Shown here: one piece after another, positions 63,498 through 64,000 of the stretch | How the letters are laid out: the number at the start of each line of letters is the position of its first letter | How positions within the stretch are numbered: the first letter of the stretch is position 1 | Assembly: GCA_965219415.1 (NCBI GenBank) | Contig: OZ244742.1 | Coordinates: forward strand, 71,082 to 135,081 | Direction: 5' to 3' | Length of the DNA: 64,000 nt | Origin: Candidatus Marinacidobacterales bacterium | GTDB lineage: Bacteria > Acidobacteriota > Vicinamibacteria > Marinacidobacterales > DATDRI01 | Position numbers and translations under genes: made by a program | Notes under the pieces: model-generated | Databases searched by the model: none | What the model saw: only the letters and a program-made list of their open reading frames with translations | What the model was told of the DNA's origin: nothing

Positions 63498-63986
63498 CTA
63501 ACCGTCTTGCTCGTAAGCAGCCTTCAACCACTTCTTGACCTCGGCATTGAAGTCGCCGACCTCGGTAAGGGCGATGCAGTGAGTGACGCGCCCGCCTCCA
63601 ACGCGATCGGTCTGCTCGAGTCGCCCCTTCGCCTTGACCCCGGGAAGCACCAACCCCAGGTCCACCCGCGTGCGCGTGCTCGGCTGGATGGCCGCAAATT
63701 GACGTTTGCGCGTGAAGGTTACGTACGTCTTGCGAGGTGAAACGACGACGTCTCTTCCAAGTGCTTGAGCGGTTTTCACCGCGGCTTCGTATATTGGTTT
63801 GAGCTCCGTCTTCGCTCCCGAAAACATGGCCTCGACGAGCTCGTCTCCTGCCTCATAGGGCGCGGCAAGATCCTGTCCCTCCGCCTTGGCAACGATGACC
63901 GCTGCGGTGGGACCACCCAGACTGTGGTGCATCCGCAGCCAGGCAACGCGCTCCCTTGTGGTCTTGGGGCCTTTCGTTTTGACCAT
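63498..63986 (-). CDS. Hypothetical protein, DUF5655-like
   Basis: 162 aa. Sequence ..SPRKTYVTFTRKRQFAAIQPSTRTRVDLGLVLPG...RVTHCIALTEVGDFNAEVKKWLKAAY fits my memory of the DUF5655 pattern. Confidence 0.5.
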   Translation of the reverse strand: MVKTKGPKTTRERVAWLRMHHSLGGPTAAVIVAKAEGQDLAAPYEAGDELVEAMFSGAKTELKPIYEAAVKTAQALGRDVVVSPRKTYVTFTRKRQFAAIQPSTRTRVDLGLVLPGVKAKGRLEQTDRVGGGRVTHCIALTEVGDFNAEVKKWLKAAYEQDG

Positions 63987-64000
63987 GCGGGCCCATTGCT

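Overview
GC-rich chromosomal segment from a diderm bacterium. An Lpt operon, a BamB-like protein and TolB-like/TPR kinases are present. The phylum is not determinable here; an Acidobacteriota-like origin is only a guess. I saw no rRNA, tRNA or CRISPR by eye.

Layout:
- 1-19.5 kb, housekeeping: hpf, rpoN, lptB, a fused LptC/LptA-type protein, accA, dnaE, guaA, a BamB-like propeller and a giant NtrY-like histidine kinase. Two broken hydrolase genes sit between accA and dnaE.
- 19.6-28.4 kb, decayed accessory island: two different IS256-family elements, fragments of secreted-protein genes, a scrambled array of Ser/Thr-kinase/TolB-like/TPR paralogs and an internally deleted HNH gene.
- 28.3-41.2 kb, housekeeping again: Nudix, asd-like/pssA/psd operon, rimI-tsaB, mutS, speB, sppA.
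- 41.6-53.4 kb, the most interesting part: a fully intact, tightly packed nine-gene operon behind a sigma-54-type promoter. It combines a MotA/ExbB-family channel, two ExbD/TolR-like-anchor/coiled-coil/vWA paralogs, a degenerate Hsp70-FHA protein, a Ser/Thr kinase, an FHA-like/5xPEGA/FGE-like protein, a disordered lipoprotein and two secreted proteins. I do not recognise this combination as any described Ton, Tol, stator, gliding, T9SS, Zorya or Bat system.
- 53.4-64 kb: oligopeptidase B, a multiply frameshifted M16 peptidase, MarR-arsM-arsN2, a membrane protein, a second SppA and a DUF5655-like gene.

About 18 frame-disrupting lesions are clumped in accessory genes. They are mostly 1-nt changes in homopolymer runs, plus two in-frame TAG codons. 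Long essential stretches have none.

All calls come from manual reading and remembered family motifs. No searches were run.
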